Notes under the pieces: generated by a model
What the model was told of the DNA's origin: nothing
Databases searched by the model: none
The model's input: only the letters and a program-made list of their open reading frames with translations
Translations under genes and position numbers: made by a program
Shown: positions 29,236 to 44,600 of the stretch, one piece after another
How positions within the stretch are numbered: the stretch's first letter is position 1
Layout: each line of letters opens with the position of its first letter
From: a virus
IMG/VR virus record: IMGVR_UViG_3300006916_000044
Coordinates: 1-64,000 of that record
DNA: 64,000 nt
Reading direction: 5' to 3' (one strand)

Positions 29236-32200
29236 ATGGCAACATACCTACCAAACGTAAAAGATTATGTACCTCAAATGAAGGCTTACACGCCTGATTT
29301 TAAGTTTTTATCAGATTCATTAGATTCTAGACAAGACAGGTATAATAAAACAACCAAACAATTAAATAATTTGTATGGTGATGTTGTATATGCAGATCTT
29401 TCAAGATCAGATAATCAAGAAGTTAGAGATAATTATGCAAAAAGACTTGCACCTAAAATACAACAAATATCAGGATTAGATTTTTCATTAGCACAAAATG
29501 TGCAAGCTGCAAAAGGATTGTTTAAACCATTTTATGAAGACGAACATATTGTAAGAGATATTGTATATACAAAAACTTACAAAGATCAAATGGCTTTAGC
29601 TAATAGTTATAAAAAATCACCAGTTGATAAAGAACGTCAAAGATATTGGGAAGATGGTGTACAGTATATGAATTATATGATGGATGATTTTCAAAATAAA
29701 TCTAGATCAGAATCAATGTCTGTACCTTTACCTGAGTATTATGAAAATCCTAATCTGTATGAAAAAGCTATGGAAGTTTTAAATACAGGTGGTCCTGATG
29801 GAAAAGGTTTTAAATCAATTGAAACATATGTTGATCAAACAGGTCAATTTATTGTAACACAAGAAAACGGTGTAGCATTATTAAGTAAACCTACGGGAAG
29901 AACAATAGCTAATCCTAATTTTGATCCTAATCAAAAAGAATCTGCTTCTAATCCTAAAATGATTGAAGAAACATACAATCCTGCCGCTAATCTTATAAAT
30001 CAAAGTATAACTGATGATCCTACTGTAGTTCAAGGTTATCAAATAATGGCTTACAATGATGCAAGAAAGTTTTATGAAGAAGAAGCAAAAAAATCAGGCA
30101 TACCTGTTGATCAACTTAAAAGACAATGGGTTAAAACACAAATAGCACAATTTGAAAAGGAAACTCAACAAACACTTGATAAAGAAAATACAGAATTAAA
30201 TAAAACTAATCAAGAACTTGCAAGTTGGGATGCATATGTAAAAGAAGCACCACTTATTAAAGATTCAGAAGAATATCAAAAGTGGTTTATTGCAATGACA
30301 AAAGGTCAAACAATTCAACAAGGTATTGATAAATTAGAACAAAAAAGAAAAAATATTTTAAATAATCCTGATGTAGAAGATTTAGATGCATATATGAATA
30401 GTGGTTATGCAGCGTTTATTTCAAACAGATTAGGTAAAGATATTTTTGCAGCAGCAAGAGATTATGCTGATCTTACATCACAACATTCATTTGAAGAAAG
30501 TAAAATATACGTTGAAAAACTTAGAGCAAGAAATAATGAAAATCTTGCAAGACTTAAAAGATCATGGAAACTTAATGATGAAATTCAAAAAGCAATAGCA
30601 GAACAAGATGCTGCTACTGTTTTTCCTACTCCTATTGGTGGAGATGCAAGAGAAAATATTGTTGATTATGGTAGCAGAACTGAAGCAAATGCAAACGGTG
30701 AACTAAAAGCTCATAAAGATATTAATAGAAGAATGATTCAAACCATTACTGCATTCTATATGGCTATGGGTGATGATTTAAATACTGAAACAAATTTAAA
30801 TAATATGGCTAACTATACTGTTACGCCTACTAATAAAACTACTGGAGAAGTAAAAACATCAGGTATATTTATTCCTAATTTAAATTCTAATAAGTTACAA
30901 TTTTATAGATGGGAAGATGCAGGGCAAGTATTACTTGATAATCCTGATTTATTAGAATACCACTATAATAGAGTTGTTCAAATAACACAAGATCCAGATA
31001 TGGCAGCTTCATATAAAAAGAGTGCCAATGAAGGTTTAAGAAATACTATAAGTGGGATGATTAGTGATGTTGATTTAAGAACTAGTAAATTAGGTCAAGT
31101 TAAAGACATGCAAGCTAGAGTATATAAAAATGTTATTGAAACTTTGGATTTAAGCAGAATACCAGTTGGTTTATTAGATCTTAATTTACAAGATTTAAAA
31201 ATTGATTTCTTTGATGAAAATGGTTATTTTAAAACAGATACTGAAATATTTGATGGTGTATATACTGGTATAGCTAAAGAATATTTAAAAGGTACTAATG
31301 CAAATATAGATAATGCAAGTGTTGCAAATTTAGCTAATCAATTAAAACAAGTTTTACCTTTAGAATTACCCTCTACTAAAGAACTTACTGATCAATTTTA
31401 TGATAAGAAAAATAGAAATTGGATAACTAAAGAGCAAGATCCACGTTCACCTGCTACTACTGATATGTTAGTACAATTTTCAAATGGTAATGCTACTAAT
31501 GTACAAGGTATTATGCAAGGATATTATGCTGGTTTACTTCAACCTGTGGCTGATGTATTAGGTATAAGAAATGCAGGAGGCTTGTTGAGTCAATTTTATG
31601 GTGAGCCAGACAATGAAAATGAATCTATAAAATTAGCACCAGAGTTTCAAAAAGTAATTAATCTAATGAAAGCTGAGATGTCAAAAGTAATGGATAGTGA
31701 AACTGCTATTCCTTTTGAAACTACATTTGATTTTAATTCATTTTATTATGGTAATCCAACTGAAGGTGATATAGCTATAGCTCCTGTTATTCCTTTTAGA
31801 TATGATGCAGGTACTAAAGATAGAATAGTAAACAAAGAATTAGATAAATTTTTTGGTGCTATTGATAACATGCCAGATAATCAAGTATTTATGACTGAAG
31901 GTGATGCTGGTGCAGCATTTAGTATGGAGTATAGTGAAAATGATAGAAGAACTGCAGAACTTGTTTTAGAAGCTATTAGAGCTGATAGAAACTATAAACC
32001 AGGTGGTGGAGCTGAATCAAGCGGTACACCTGGTTATAGAATAGAATATAGTTCTGTTGGTGGTGGTGAAGAAGCAGGTGGAAAATATGCAATGTATAAA
32101 TTTATATTAGATCCAGATTATGCAAAAAAAATTGCTAGTAATATAGATGTTAATTTTGGAGATGGTTCTACAAAAATTAAAGATCAAACTATTACAGTTT

Positions 32201-32601
32201 TTCTTAATAAAGATTTATTTACTAATGTAGATTTTGATCCAGAAGCACAATATAGATCATATGTAAAAACTTTAATTCTTGATCCAACAAATCAAGGTAC
32301 AGCTTCATTATTAGTTCCTAATGGTGGCCAAGTTAATTTTGAAATGAATCAAGGTATTGTATATGCTAAAACGGCAAGATATAGATATGATGTAAATACA
32401 GGTAATATGGTATTGGATGATTTTATTACAACACCTATGATTGATAATACTACGGGTGCTCCATATTCTGATCAAGGTATTGATAAAGTATATAATCAAC
32501 TACAAGAACAATTACAACAGTTTGCAACAGAAAACTTACAAGCACAAAAAAATCATAAACTAACTCAAGGTTCTGCTGATGAATCTGAAAATGAAGAATA
32601 A
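29236..32601 (+). CDS. Putative cargo/ejection protein, largely helical
   Basis: 1121 aa with coiled-coil character, directly upstream of the RNAP polyprotein. Confidence 0.5.
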   Translation: MATYLPNVKDYVPQMKAYTPDFKFLSDSLDSRQDRYNKTTKQLNNLYGDVVYADLSRSDNQEVRDNYAKRLAPKIQQISGLDFSLAQNVQAAKGLFKPFYEDEHIVRDIVYTKTYKDQMALANSYKKSPVDKERQRYWEDGVQYMNYMMDDFQNKSRSESMSVPLPEYYENPNLYEKAMEVLNTGGPDGKGFKSIETYVDQTGQFIVTQENGVALLSKPTGRTIANPNFDPNQKESASNPKMIEETYNPAANLINQSITDDPTVVQGYQIMAYNDARKFYEEEAKKSGIPVDQLKRQWVKTQIAQFEKETQQTLDKENTELNKTNQELASWDAYVKEAPLIKDSEEYQKWFIAMTKGQTIQQGIDKLEQKRKNILNNPDVEDLDAYMNSGYAAFISNRLGKDIFAAARDYADLTSQHSFEESKIYVEKLRARNNENLARLKRSWKLNDEIQKAIAEQDAATVFPTPIGGDARENIVDYGSRTEANANGELKAHKDINRRMIQTITAFYMAMGDDLNTETNLNNMANYTVTPTNKTTGEVKTSGIFIPNLNSNKLQFYRWEDAGQVLLDNPDLLEYHYNRVVQITQDPDMAASYKKSANEGLRNTISGMISDVDLRTSKLGQVKDMQARVYKNVIETLDLSRIPVGLLDLNLQDLKIDFFDENGYFKTDTEIFDGVYTGIAKEYLKGTNANIDNASVANLANQLKQVLPLELPSTKELTDQFYDKKNRNWITKEQDPRSPATTDMLVQFSNGNATNVQGIMQGYYAGLLQPVADVLGIRNAGGLLSQFYGEPDNENESIKLAPEFQKVINLMKAEMSKVMDSETAIPFETTFDFNSFYYGNPTEGDIAIAPVIPFRYDAGTKDRIVNKELDKFFGAIDNMPDNQVFMTEGDAGAAFSMEYSENDRRTAELVLEAIRADRNYKPGGGAESSGTPGYRIEYSSVGGGEEAGGKYAMYKFILDPDYAKKIASNIDVNFGDGSTKIKDQTITVFLNKDLFTNVDFDPEAQYRSYVKTLILDPTNQGTASLLVPNGGQVNFEMNQGIVYAKTARYRYDVNTGNMVLDDFITTPMIDNTTGAPYSDQGIDKVYNQLQEQLQQFATENLQAQKNHKLTQGSADESENEE

Positions 32602-32603
32602 AG

Positions 32604-35600
32604 ATGGCTGAAGATATTTCAAATCTAAACATAAACTTTAATCCTCAAGTAAATAATCAACCAACTGAACCAAAAACAGTTAGTACTGAAGATGTTAATG
32701 AGGGTATAATTGAAAGTCCTAATTTTTCAATAAAAACTCCAACAGGTAAATTTACTCCAACAGATATACCTGCTGTAGATGTAGATTTTAATGCTATTAG
32801 AAATGAGTTATTTATACCAAATTCAGGAGAACCTATTCGTACAAGTATTGATCCTACTGTTATTAAAAATGCAGAAGTATTAGCAAATACATTAAATTAC
32901 AATCCTGTTGTTATGGATTATCCATATAATATGGATCCAAACTCAGCATTATTTAAATTAGATAAACCGCAAGATGATAGTTTAGCAAATACTATATTAA
33001 ATTTTGAAGATGTTACAACACCTTCTGTTGCTGACCCTGTTTCTTTACAACCATTAAAGTTTGATAAAAAAGCAACAAACTATGATAGATATAATGCTCC
33101 TGGCTTTAAACATTTATTTAATAAGATAGGTTTTCATCCATATGTAGATAATGAAACTGTATATAATGCAAACTCTACATGGTGGGATGAAAATGCTAGA
33201 ATGAGAGGACAATGGGGTAGAATATTTAGTACTGGGTTTATGAGTACCTATGATGCTATAGGTGATGCATTTGCTGGTAATTATTTAACAGGAGATCGTG
33301 ATGGAGCTGAAGTATTTGAAGATGCTATGAGAATTGCTAACTCTTCTAAGAGTGGTATAGGTGCATTTACAAATAATCTTATGCTTAATTCAGGATATAC
33401 TTTTGGTATTCTTGCAAATATTGCTGTAGAAGAACTTGCGCTTGCAGGTCTTGAAGCTGTAACACTTGGAGGTGCTACTCCTATTGTTGCTTCTAGAACT
33501 GCTTATAATATAGTTAGATTAGGTAAAGCAGCAGATAATGTTTTAGATGTAGGAAAAAATACCGCTAATACAGTTAAGTTACTTGATAAATTAAAAGACG
33601 CTAATTCAGCAAGAGATTATTGGAGAGCTGGTGGTAGATGGGCTTTAAATATATTTACACCTCAAACATATAGAGCTATAAAAGATGTTTCAACTGCACG
33701 TGAAGGTGCAAAAGCTTTATCATTAATGGCTAAAACTGCTAAGACAGCAGGTGGTTTTTACAGAGATGCAAGATCAGTTAACTTAGCTATAGCAGAAAGT
33801 AAATTAGAAGGAGGTCTTGTACAAAATAAACTATATAATGATCTATATCATGATTATGTAGCTAAGTATGGAGAAAGACCTACTGGTACAGCATTAGAAG
33901 AAATAAATGATAAAGCTGCTGAAGCTGCATTTACTACATTAGCATGGAACTTTCCTGTTATTTTCTTTTCTAATCAATTTGTATTAGGTACTGCCTTTAG
34001 AGGATTTAGAGGAGTATCAAGCATTTTAAGTAAATCAGCTGGCTCATTAGGTAATAGAGTAATGAGAAAGTCTGCTAAAAGACTTGCAAAAGAAACAACA
34101 GAAGGTGCTGCAAAAGAACCATTTAAGTTATTAAGTAAAAATAGATTTAAAAGAATTTTTGAAAGAGGTATATACGGTAATTTATCTCAAGCAGGTGCTA
34201 GCTTATTAAGATATTCTTCAGCGAATCTGGCTGAAGGTTTTCAAGAAATAGCTCAAGAAGCTATTGCTGTAGGTGCAGAAGATTACTATAAAAATCTTTA
34301 TAATGATCCAGCAATGGGTGGTCTTGATGCACAAATGGCATCTATATATTCAGGTATAAGTTCACAAATGAGCGGTCAAGGATTTGAAGTATTTATGTCT
34401 GGATTTTTGATGGGTGGTTTAGTTCAAGGACCACAAAAATTAGTATTTAATGGATTACCTAATTTATATACTAGATTTTCATCTCCTGAAGATTTTGCAA
34501 AACAAAAAGAAAATGAAGAAACCTATATAAAAGAAGCTGTAAATACATTAAATAAAATGTATGCAGATCCTATGATGTATTTTGATGCAAACAAAATGAA
34601 TGCAATGTTTCAAAAAGAAGCAAGTCAAGATATGTTTGATTCTACATTTGATGGAGACATAAGATCATTTATGGATAAAAAAGCTGCTTTAGTATTTAAT
34701 CATTTATATACTGCTGCTGAATTAGGTAAACTTAATGATTTTGCATCATTATTTGAAGACATGCTTAAGTTAGATGATGCTATGTTAGCAGAAGCTATGC
34801 CTGATCAAACAGCAGAAGATATAAAATCAGGTAAAACAAGAGAAAGAATTCAAGATATGATTACTAAAGCTGATGATATGCGTAAAGCATATGATAAGCT
34901 TAATGAAGAAATTATTAATCCTTTTGACCCATCAACATTTAAAAAAGGCACAAGAGATTATAATGAAGAAGCAATTAAGTATGCAGCTTTTGATCATGCT
35001 AAAAAAATGGCAATGTTTGCCAGATCTCAATTTGAAAATGCTACAGTTAGAATTGCATCAATGTATTCTGAACTAAGTACAGATCCTATTATTAAAAAAA
35101 TGGCAGCTAATGATATTGATGTGCTTACTGATTTACAAGCATTAATATCTGAAATTAATTTACTAAAAGATGAAATAGAATTAGCTACTGCAGAAACAAC
35201 AACTACTGAAGAAGTTGTAGATGAAAAAACAGGTGAAACAATTATAAAAGAAACTACTGCAAAACCTGAGTTAAGTGCAGATGAGCAAATTGCATTAGAA
35301 CAAAAAACAAAAAAATTAATTGCATTACAAAATGTATTTAATGTATTAACTGATCCAGCTAATGTAAAAGAAAGAGAAGTTTTTTCAGATGCTGAATTAG
35401 AAAAAATAGAAGACTTAACTGAACGTGCAAAAGAAAAAACATCACGTGATAATAGATTAAAGTTAATTGATAAACTAAGGGAAGATATTCTAAGTACAGG
35501 AGTTAGAGATAAATCTCAAGAAATAAAAGAAGTTATTGTTAATGCATTTTCTAACTCTAATTTAATGAACTCACTTGGTGAATTTGATATAGCTAATCGT

Positions 35601-38600
35601 GATAAATTTAAAACTGTACTTGAAGAATATTTAAATGTTCTTGCTGAACAATTAGGTGACACAATACAATCAGATAAAATTGATCAATATGTAGATGCAA
35701 TTTTAGATTCAAAAAGTCTTACACAAAGACAACAAATTTTAAGTAGAGCAGTAAGAACAATTTTAGCTCCAGAAAATCTTGACAAACTTGCAGAAAGAAT
35801 TGAGCCAAGATTTAAAAGAATGTTTCTTGATAACAAAAACAAAGTTGAAGCAAGATTAAGAAAATACCTTGATGTAACTAAAACCAATATTTGGTTAAAT
35901 GAATTATCTGGTATGGGTGTTTATCCTGATCATACTGAATTAATTCAATATTTAGAAAACAACGGCCCTATTCCTCAAACATATTATACAGAAGAAGGTT
36001 TATTAACAGAAGAATCAGCACAATGGGAAAAAGCTAATTATGTTATATCTGCTCAAGAAAATTTAACTAAAAAAGAAACACCACAAGAGACAGCTCAATC
36101 TGAAGATAGTGCTGATATAGAAGATAATATTGACTATGAAGAAAACTTTCTTCAAGAAGATACTGAAGATGTAGAAGGAGTTGATGTAGAAATACCAAGT
36201 AATCAAGGTGATTTATATTTAAAAGGTAAATGGATTAAATATGTAGAAACACAATCAGCAAACAATAAAAAATATTTAGAGTTTTCTGATTGGGTTAAAA
36301 GTAAATTATCTAAACAAGATAGATTACAAGCTGCTGCTATTGAAGATATATATCAACAAGTATATTCTCCATTACTTCTTAAAAATCCAAAACTAGGTTC
36401 TTTTTATACATGGTTAGGTACTCAAGTTGATAATGAAAAAATTCAAGATATTCTTACATTTAGAAATGTGTCTCTTTATAGTTTATTACCAGAGACTAAA
36501 AGTTCAACTATCAAAGTTGCAAATGAAGATGTAATTGATAAAGAAACAGGTAAAAAAGTAAAAGTATATTATCATACTGATGAAAAAGGTAACCGTATAG
36601 ATAATGAAGCATTTCTTACAAAAAAAGAAGCTGTTGAAACAAAAAAGAAAAAAGTTAATGAGAAGAAAAAGAAAAAACCAAATGAATTTACTTATGGAAA
36701 GTTTAATGGTGTAGATAATCCAAAATTAGCTAAAGGTACATTACTAATTAAAAATAATGTTTTGTATGTAGTAAAGTCTACTGATACTATGATTGCTGAT
36801 AAAGGTAACTTATATATTAGAGAGCTATCAAAAGAATCTAGTAAAGATAATAATAACAATATATACTTAACTGTTGAACAAGCAAATGATTATGAAATAG
36901 CATCAAACAAAGATATTAACTATGTAAAAAATACTTCTAAATTAAAAATAGAAGAAGCAACTAAAGTTAATCCAACTTATGATAGATCAATTACTAACAG
37001 AGCAGAACAAATAGAAGCTGGTGTAAATAAACAACAAAATCTTCTTAGAAATCTTACTTCAGATGTAATAGGTGGTTTAAAGTTACGTATATCTTTAGGA
37101 CCTAATCAATCAAACATAAATATACCATTTGAAGATAAAGAAGCTTTTCAATTTGGTACTCAAAATGAAAATCCAAAAATAAAAAAGAATGCTCAACTGT
37201 TATCTGTAGAAATATATGATGCTAATGGTAGTTATGGTTATTTTCAAGGACCTGAAACTTTACTTTTGGCTGATGCTCAAGGTAACCCTATGTCTCCTTT
37301 TCAATTAACTGAAAATAATTTAGCTGAGTATTTTGATATTCCAAAAAATATGTCAACTGCTGATGCACTTAACTATGTTCAATTAAGTTATGCAGAAGCT
37401 TACAAAATTTATGATACATTTAAACCTTTATTATCTACTCAAAGTTTAGTAGAAGTTAATTTAAGTGATTTTCCTGAATTAATGGTAACACTTTCTGAAG
37501 GATCATTAACTAGAAGTAAATCAAATCCTTTAATTACATTTGATTCTCTTGATACAATGTTTGTTGGAGATGATACTTCAGTTACTGTAGATGGTGAAAA
37601 GCCTTTCTTTATAATGGATTATAGTAGAAGGTATACCAGACCTAAGAACAAGAAAGAAAAAATGAAAGTTCAAGGTGTGCCTATTACTAATATTGATCAG
37701 TCATCAAAATTCTTTAATGCTATGATGGCCGAAGTTGATGCTATGGAAGAAAATTATGATGTTCTTAACAGAATGGGTAAGTATATTGCTTATGTAAAAC
37801 TTCCTAATGGTAAAGGTGCTTTTGTAGGTTTAACAGCTCCAGTATATAGTCCAGAAAACTTTAATACATTATTAACAGAAATTCAAGAAAAAGCTTCTGA
37901 TCTTTTAGCTAATAATGTAAATGCAGATGGTACAGTTAAAAGTAAAACTGCAGCTAAAACTATAAATGAAAAAATACAAAATGAAATATATTTAGCTGCT
38001 GAACCAGGTATATATGTTGAATTAAGTCTTGCTAATGATGGATCATTACGTGTTAAATATACTAACATGAATGAAACTAGAAATAGTAAGAAAAGAACAG
38101 CGCAAGGTTTTATCTCTAATGAAGAGTTAATGACATTTAAAGATGTTCAAGAAGTAATAAATAAATTAAATGCTTTTATACAACCTATATATCCAAAAGG
38201 ATTTAAACTAGATTCTATTAAAACATCTATACAAAAAGGTGAAACAGATATTGCTATCTTTGGCACATTAGAAACTCAGTTTACTCCAGAAATAAAAAAT
38301 AATTTTAAATTACAACTAAGAGTAAATCCAAATGTTATTAGTATTGATCAAGTATTAAGAAATGCTTTTAATACTAATATACCTGAGTCAACTGAAACAA
38401 TAGATAATTCTACACCTGTAGTAGAACCAACTGCTGAAGAAAAAGAAGATATAATATTAAATGATTATGAAAATGTTGACGCTAACTACCTTTTAGAAAT
38501 TGTAAGAAAATCACAGCAAGGTAAAGAGTTAACAGACTTTGAACAATCTGTTTTAGATAATACACCTGCAGAAATGATAGCTGGTTTATCAATACAGGTA

Positions 38601-41600
38601 CAAAATGAAAGTACTACTGATATAAGTAATGCAGAAGTTCTTTTAGATCAAAACTATCAAGGAATTAGTTTTAAAGCTGAAGAAGATTTAAAAACATTTG
38701 TTGATAGATATTATGAATCAAGGTATCAACAAATAAAAACAAGTCAGCCTGAATTAACTGATTCAGATATTATTGATATTGTAAATGCTGAAATGAAGGA
38801 TATTGAAACAAATGCTAATAATCCTTTACATTCAGGTTATCTTACATTAAAAAGAATACAGGAAGATGCAGAAGGTAAAGCTTTTAAAATTACAGAAAAT
38901 TTTGATGGCTATGATATTGAAGACATTAATACTTTTACTGATTGGGTTCGTGACAATATAAATACTGATGTCATAAGTTTATCAGTTGATAATCTTCAAA
39001 ACAACATGATTAATGGTCAAATGATTGCAGGTCAATTTTTGATACATACTCATAATTTAGGTTTGTCTGGAGAAATTTCTGTAGGTACTAATAATCCTTT
39101 TAAATATCATGAAGCATTTCACGCTGTGTTTAGAATGTTCTTAACAGAAACAGAAATAAAAAGATATTTAAAATCTGCAAAGAAAGATGTTCTTGCAAAA
39201 CTAAGACGTGAAGGTAAATCATTAACTGATGAATTAGCATCATTTAGAAAATCACATGGTATATATGCTAAACTATCTAGAAAAGAATTAGAAGAAAGAT
39301 ATTTAGAAGAGTTTATGGCAGATGAGTTTGAGGCATTTAAAATGAAACAAAAAACAAATGCAAGCTCTGAAACTAAAAGTTTATTCCAAAAGATTTTAGA
39401 TTTTATTAAAGAGTTACTAGGTTTCCCAACATATAAACTAAACAGATTATACAGAGACATAAACAATGGTAAATACAAACGTGCAGGAGTACAGGAAAAT
39501 AGATTTACTACTGCTGCATCTTCTACACCTTCTGTTGCATATAAGTCTCTTACTTTAGGTACTAAAAAAATTAAAACAGTAACTAATACGGGTGAAAAAT
39601 TTAAAACTATAATAAACTTTATGCCTAGTAATGATCAACATATTATTGTATCATCTGCTGCTAATTTGTTTATTATGAGAAAAAACAATGCAAAAGGTGA
39701 TGTTAATACTGCTGAAATGTTAGATGGTGTTATAAATGATATTATTGAAAACTATAACTCAGAAAGACAGTTCTATAAGGACAAAGGTTTTATGTGGTAT
39801 AAAGACAATATGTTAAAGATCCGTAATTATTATGACTCATTAACACGTCAAAAAAATGATTTAAAAGAACTTGTTAGATTAAGATTAGATGAAGTAAGTA
39901 ATGCTATTTTATTAAATCAAGAAGAATTAGATCAAGAAGAAGCAGATTTAGGAGATATTACAGTTGATCAGTGGGATAAAACTTCTGAAATGATTGGTGG
40001 TTTTGAAAGTGCACCAAAATTAATTAGAGAGTTATTTGCTACAGTTAGTATTGATAACCAAGATATGTTTGGTAACAAGATTATAGGAGAAAACAAAAAT
40101 GAACCTATTAGAGTTGGTGTTAACTATAGTAAAGTATATGATTCAATTTTAAAAGCTGTTGCTAATGAACCAAGTGCTAAAAAAAGAATGAAAAAACTTT
40201 GGGTATGGTCACAAGGTAGCAATGTAGAAACAAGAGCAGTTGTTGTAGAAATGTTTAAACAACTAGGATTATTAAAAGCTGCTCAAGATGGAACATTATT
40301 TGATCCAGCTCAACCATTTCCAAGTTTAGAAAGTGAAACAGGTATAAGATCTACATTGTATAACATGATTAACAATCAGTTTGAAAATTATACCGTTCCT
40401 TATTTAATTCAATTAGTTGATAAAAATACAGGAGTTGTACAAATATTTGAAGCTAATAAAGCTGACGATGCTCATAATACTTTAGTTCAATGGGCAGAAA
40501 GCTTTAATAGAAAATATTCAGAAATAAGAATAGTTGGTAGTAAAGAAAATAAAGCTGCAAGAGATGCTATAAATAGATTATCTGGATTTTTAAATATGCC
40601 ATCTATTCCTGAAAAAATGGATATTATAAATGAATCAATGGTAATATCTGATTTAATTTTTGATACAACAGGTATGAAGTTTGATTCTAACTATATTTTG
40701 TTTAGTCTTTACAATAGATTAATTGATTTAAATATAGAAATTCCTGAGTCACAAAAATTACTATTTGATATGAATCAATTTGCTGATCCTATTTCAGCAG
40801 AAGAATTATCTGAAATTGTACAAGCATTAAACTCAGGTGAAAATTTATTTTTAGATAATCAAGAATTAGATACCGAAGATGTTGATGAAGCTACAGATGA
40901 TACTCAACAATATTATGAAGGTGGTGTTAAAGGTAGATTAAGAAAAATATCTTTAAACAATGCTTATTTTGATGAAACAGTTGGTGCATCTACATTTATA
41001 AATGAAGAAGGCAATAGAATTTACGGACATCAAAGACCTACATTTCATCTTGTTGAATTAGCAAGAATGACTACAGAAGAAAATTATGTAGAGAATAGAA
41101 TTGCAGAAGATCCATTTTTAGAAGATAACTTTTTGTTAACTGATGAAAAGTTTAAATCAATGCAAGAAAAAGGCCAGATTAAAATTATGCGTATGTCTGG
41201 TCAAAAAGTTGGTGTAGCAAATTTAACAGCAGAAGGTATTGTAAAAGAAAATAAAGGTTATAATAAAGCAAATAGACAAGGTACAAAGTACGGTTCTTTT
41301 ACACCTCAACAATTTATTGTAACATTAGTAAATAATTATACTGCTGGATATAATAGAGTAAATCCTGATAAATCACTTAAAGGTAGTTACATTGATCCAG
41401 TAACTAAAGAACCAGTTGATTTTGCTATTTCTCCTAATCTTATACGTGTTATTGAAGCTAGTAATACAGGTGACTTTGCTATGCTTCCTGTACATAAAAT
41501 GATTGAGTTTGATGCAGATGGGACGGTTAATCTTACTGATCAAGGATATAAAGCATTTGAAAATATTATTAAAAGAGATGCTAAGGCTATTCAAAAAGAA

Positions 41601-44600
41601 TTAGACCCAGAGACTGAAACACAAGATGATATTATTGGAGGTAATACAAACAGTAAGGGACAAAGAACTAATTCTGGTAGATTATTTGAATTATCACATA
41701 ATGGTAAAAAATTATTATCACCATTAAAAACTAGAATAAGAAATGTAAGGACATATAAAAATCCTGGATTAGGTGAAGATGTACAAAAAGCTTTACGTTC
41801 TGGTAAACAATCAGTACATTTATTACCTTTAGACAAAACAGATGATGTAGGTTTTACAGAAGGTGCTGAAGGTTTAATTGATGTAACAGTAGTAGAATCA
41901 CAACCTATTTCATTGTTAATGAAAAATGAAGGGTTAATTAATATTGAAAATTTATCAAGTGATCAAGTAGAAAAATTAATTGATGACTTTGGTCCATATA
42001 TAACTACAGAAAAACAAAATAAAAAACAACATGCATTTACTTTATTTCAAGGTACTGATGCAGAACAAGTTTATTATACTTATGGTTTTCAAGTTGCTGA
42101 ATTCTTTAGAGGTAAAGTTTCTTTAGTAAAAATTAGTTTTACAGATCCTGTTTCAGAAAAATCAGATGTAAAAATTCAAACAGATAAAACAGGTCAAGAA
42201 ACTATAGATATTCTTGAAGTTGATTCTACACCTGCTGAAATATTTGAACAATTAATAAATGATGGAGCATCATTTGAAGAAGCATTTAAAGCTGTAGACG
42301 GTAAGCAAATTATAGAAAAAAGACTGTTTGATGAAGCAAACGAATTTATAGCATTGTTAAATGACTTTAAAGCTATAGGTAAAATATCACCTGATATTAG
42401 ATCAGGGTTAGGTATAATTGAAGATAGTGGAAGTGGTACAATTGTTAATGATATAGATATAGAGTTAACAGAAGAAATGATGGAGTTGTATAATTTAGAA
42501 TTTGATGATTTAAAATACAATCTTACTCAAATATTTTTAAATGATTATATAAATACTATTGCAGTTAATGATGCATTATTAGGAGATCAACGTTTATCAT
42601 TAAAAAATGCAATTGATGCTATTAAACGTGCAAAAATGCAAAATGCAGCTGGTTCTAATGTGTATTCTGATATTATAGATCCAGCACTTGGTATAGAGCA
42701 AACTACTGAAGACATAGACATGCTTTTATATAAAGATAGTTTATATGAAAAAGAGTTTGAAAATATACGTAGTGAAGATAAGCAATTAGATTCAGATCCT
42801 GGTGAAAGAGGTGATGGTCAAATGTTAATTACACAAAAAGCAAATAGACATTTTTTACATGGTCTTGGAGAGTTAACACCACAAGTTGCAGCTGTGTTAG
42901 ATAAAATTGAAGCAGGTAAAGAAGTAGAAATAAATGAAGAGTTTTTTGGAACATTAACAGCTGAATCATATAAGCAAATGAATGCTATTATGAATTCACA
43001 AAAGCTTGTATATGGTGATGGTAAAGTTTATCTAAAAATGTCTGCATTTGTTTTAACACCATTACTTACTTCTAGAATGGATGAAAACGGAAACTTTACT
43101 ATTCCTATTCCTGGAAGAGAAAGATTACATAATTTAAGAGTTAAGTTAGAAAAATGGGAACAAGATAATAATGCTATTGCAATTGCAGTTCCTGCTTCTG
43201 CATCTAAGATGATGAAGTCTAACATGTTAGGTAACACTGAAACTTTTAATAATTCTAGTATTAGTGAAGATAATATAACAAAGCTTAATGCTAAATACAT
43301 GCGTAAGCAAATGGTTGTTCCTTCTAATAAAATAGAAATTGTTGATCCACGTCAAATAAAAAATCTAATTACATCTGAACAAGATTTAAATGCTAAAGTA
43401 ATTTGGGATGGTGTTGAGTTTTCAGTAGGTGATGTTGTTGATTTATACCATCAAGCTCAAAATAATAAACTAGCAGTTAATTGGTTTGCAAAAAGAAATT
43501 TAGTATTTAATTTTGATGAAATATTAAATGATTACTTAAATCCACAAACAGCACAAAAAATAAATATTAACTTAAATGCATTTTTAAAATTTGCTATAGC
43601 TGGATTAACATCTTCACAAGCTAAAAGTGATATGTTATCATACTTTGAAATGAATGAAGATGGTACAGGTGAACCTAAATTTAACTTAAACAACCAACTA
43701 ACAAGAAAAAAATTCCAACAATTGTTCTTTACATTCTTAGGAAAAGGAACTATTTCTGCTAGACAACCTGGTATAAGTGCTGCTCTTGTTTCTGATGATG
43801 GTATGTTATTTCCAAAAAAAGTCAAAAGAGTAGATGAAAACGGTGTACCATTAGAATGGGAAGTAATAAGACAAGCAAAATGGGAACAATTAGAAACACA
43901 AGGTGTAGCAGCAAAGTTATCTAATATTGGTTCTTTAAGTGGTTTACCTGAAGGGCTGCAAGTTGGAGATTACTTTTTTGATAGACTTAGATCTGATGTT
44001 ATGATGTATAATGAAGATGGTACTGAGTCAGGAGTAGTTTATACTGAATCTGTCATGCCTCCTCATTTTAAATCTATATTAGAAAATTTACCTGCAGATG
44101 CGGTTATTCCTGATGTATTAGCAATGGCGTATGGTATTAGAATTCCATCTCAAGATAAACACTCTGCTGTAAATATAAAATTTGTAGATTTCTTACCTGT
44201 ATACTACGGATCATCTGCAATGTTTGCTAGAGAGTTAGTTGAATTATCTGGAGCTGACTTTGATATTGATAAAATTTATATGCAAATAAAATCTTTCTTT
44301 GTTGACAAAGGAAAGTTTGTAGAATTTGGTAAAGCAAAAACAGAAAAAGAAAAATACAATCATTATTTAACATGGGCTCTTAATCAAGCTAAACAAAAAG
44401 GTACACCAATTAGAGAATCTATTGATATATATTTAACTTCTAATCCTGATTTAGAATTTAATTTAAATGAGTGGTCTAATATGACACCAGAAGAAATAAA
44501 TATATTAAATGAATCTGAAATTATTGCTAGAATAGGTATGGAAAACATTGGTTTACCAGTTAGTGAAGAGCAGTATAATGCATATAAAGAAAAATATAAA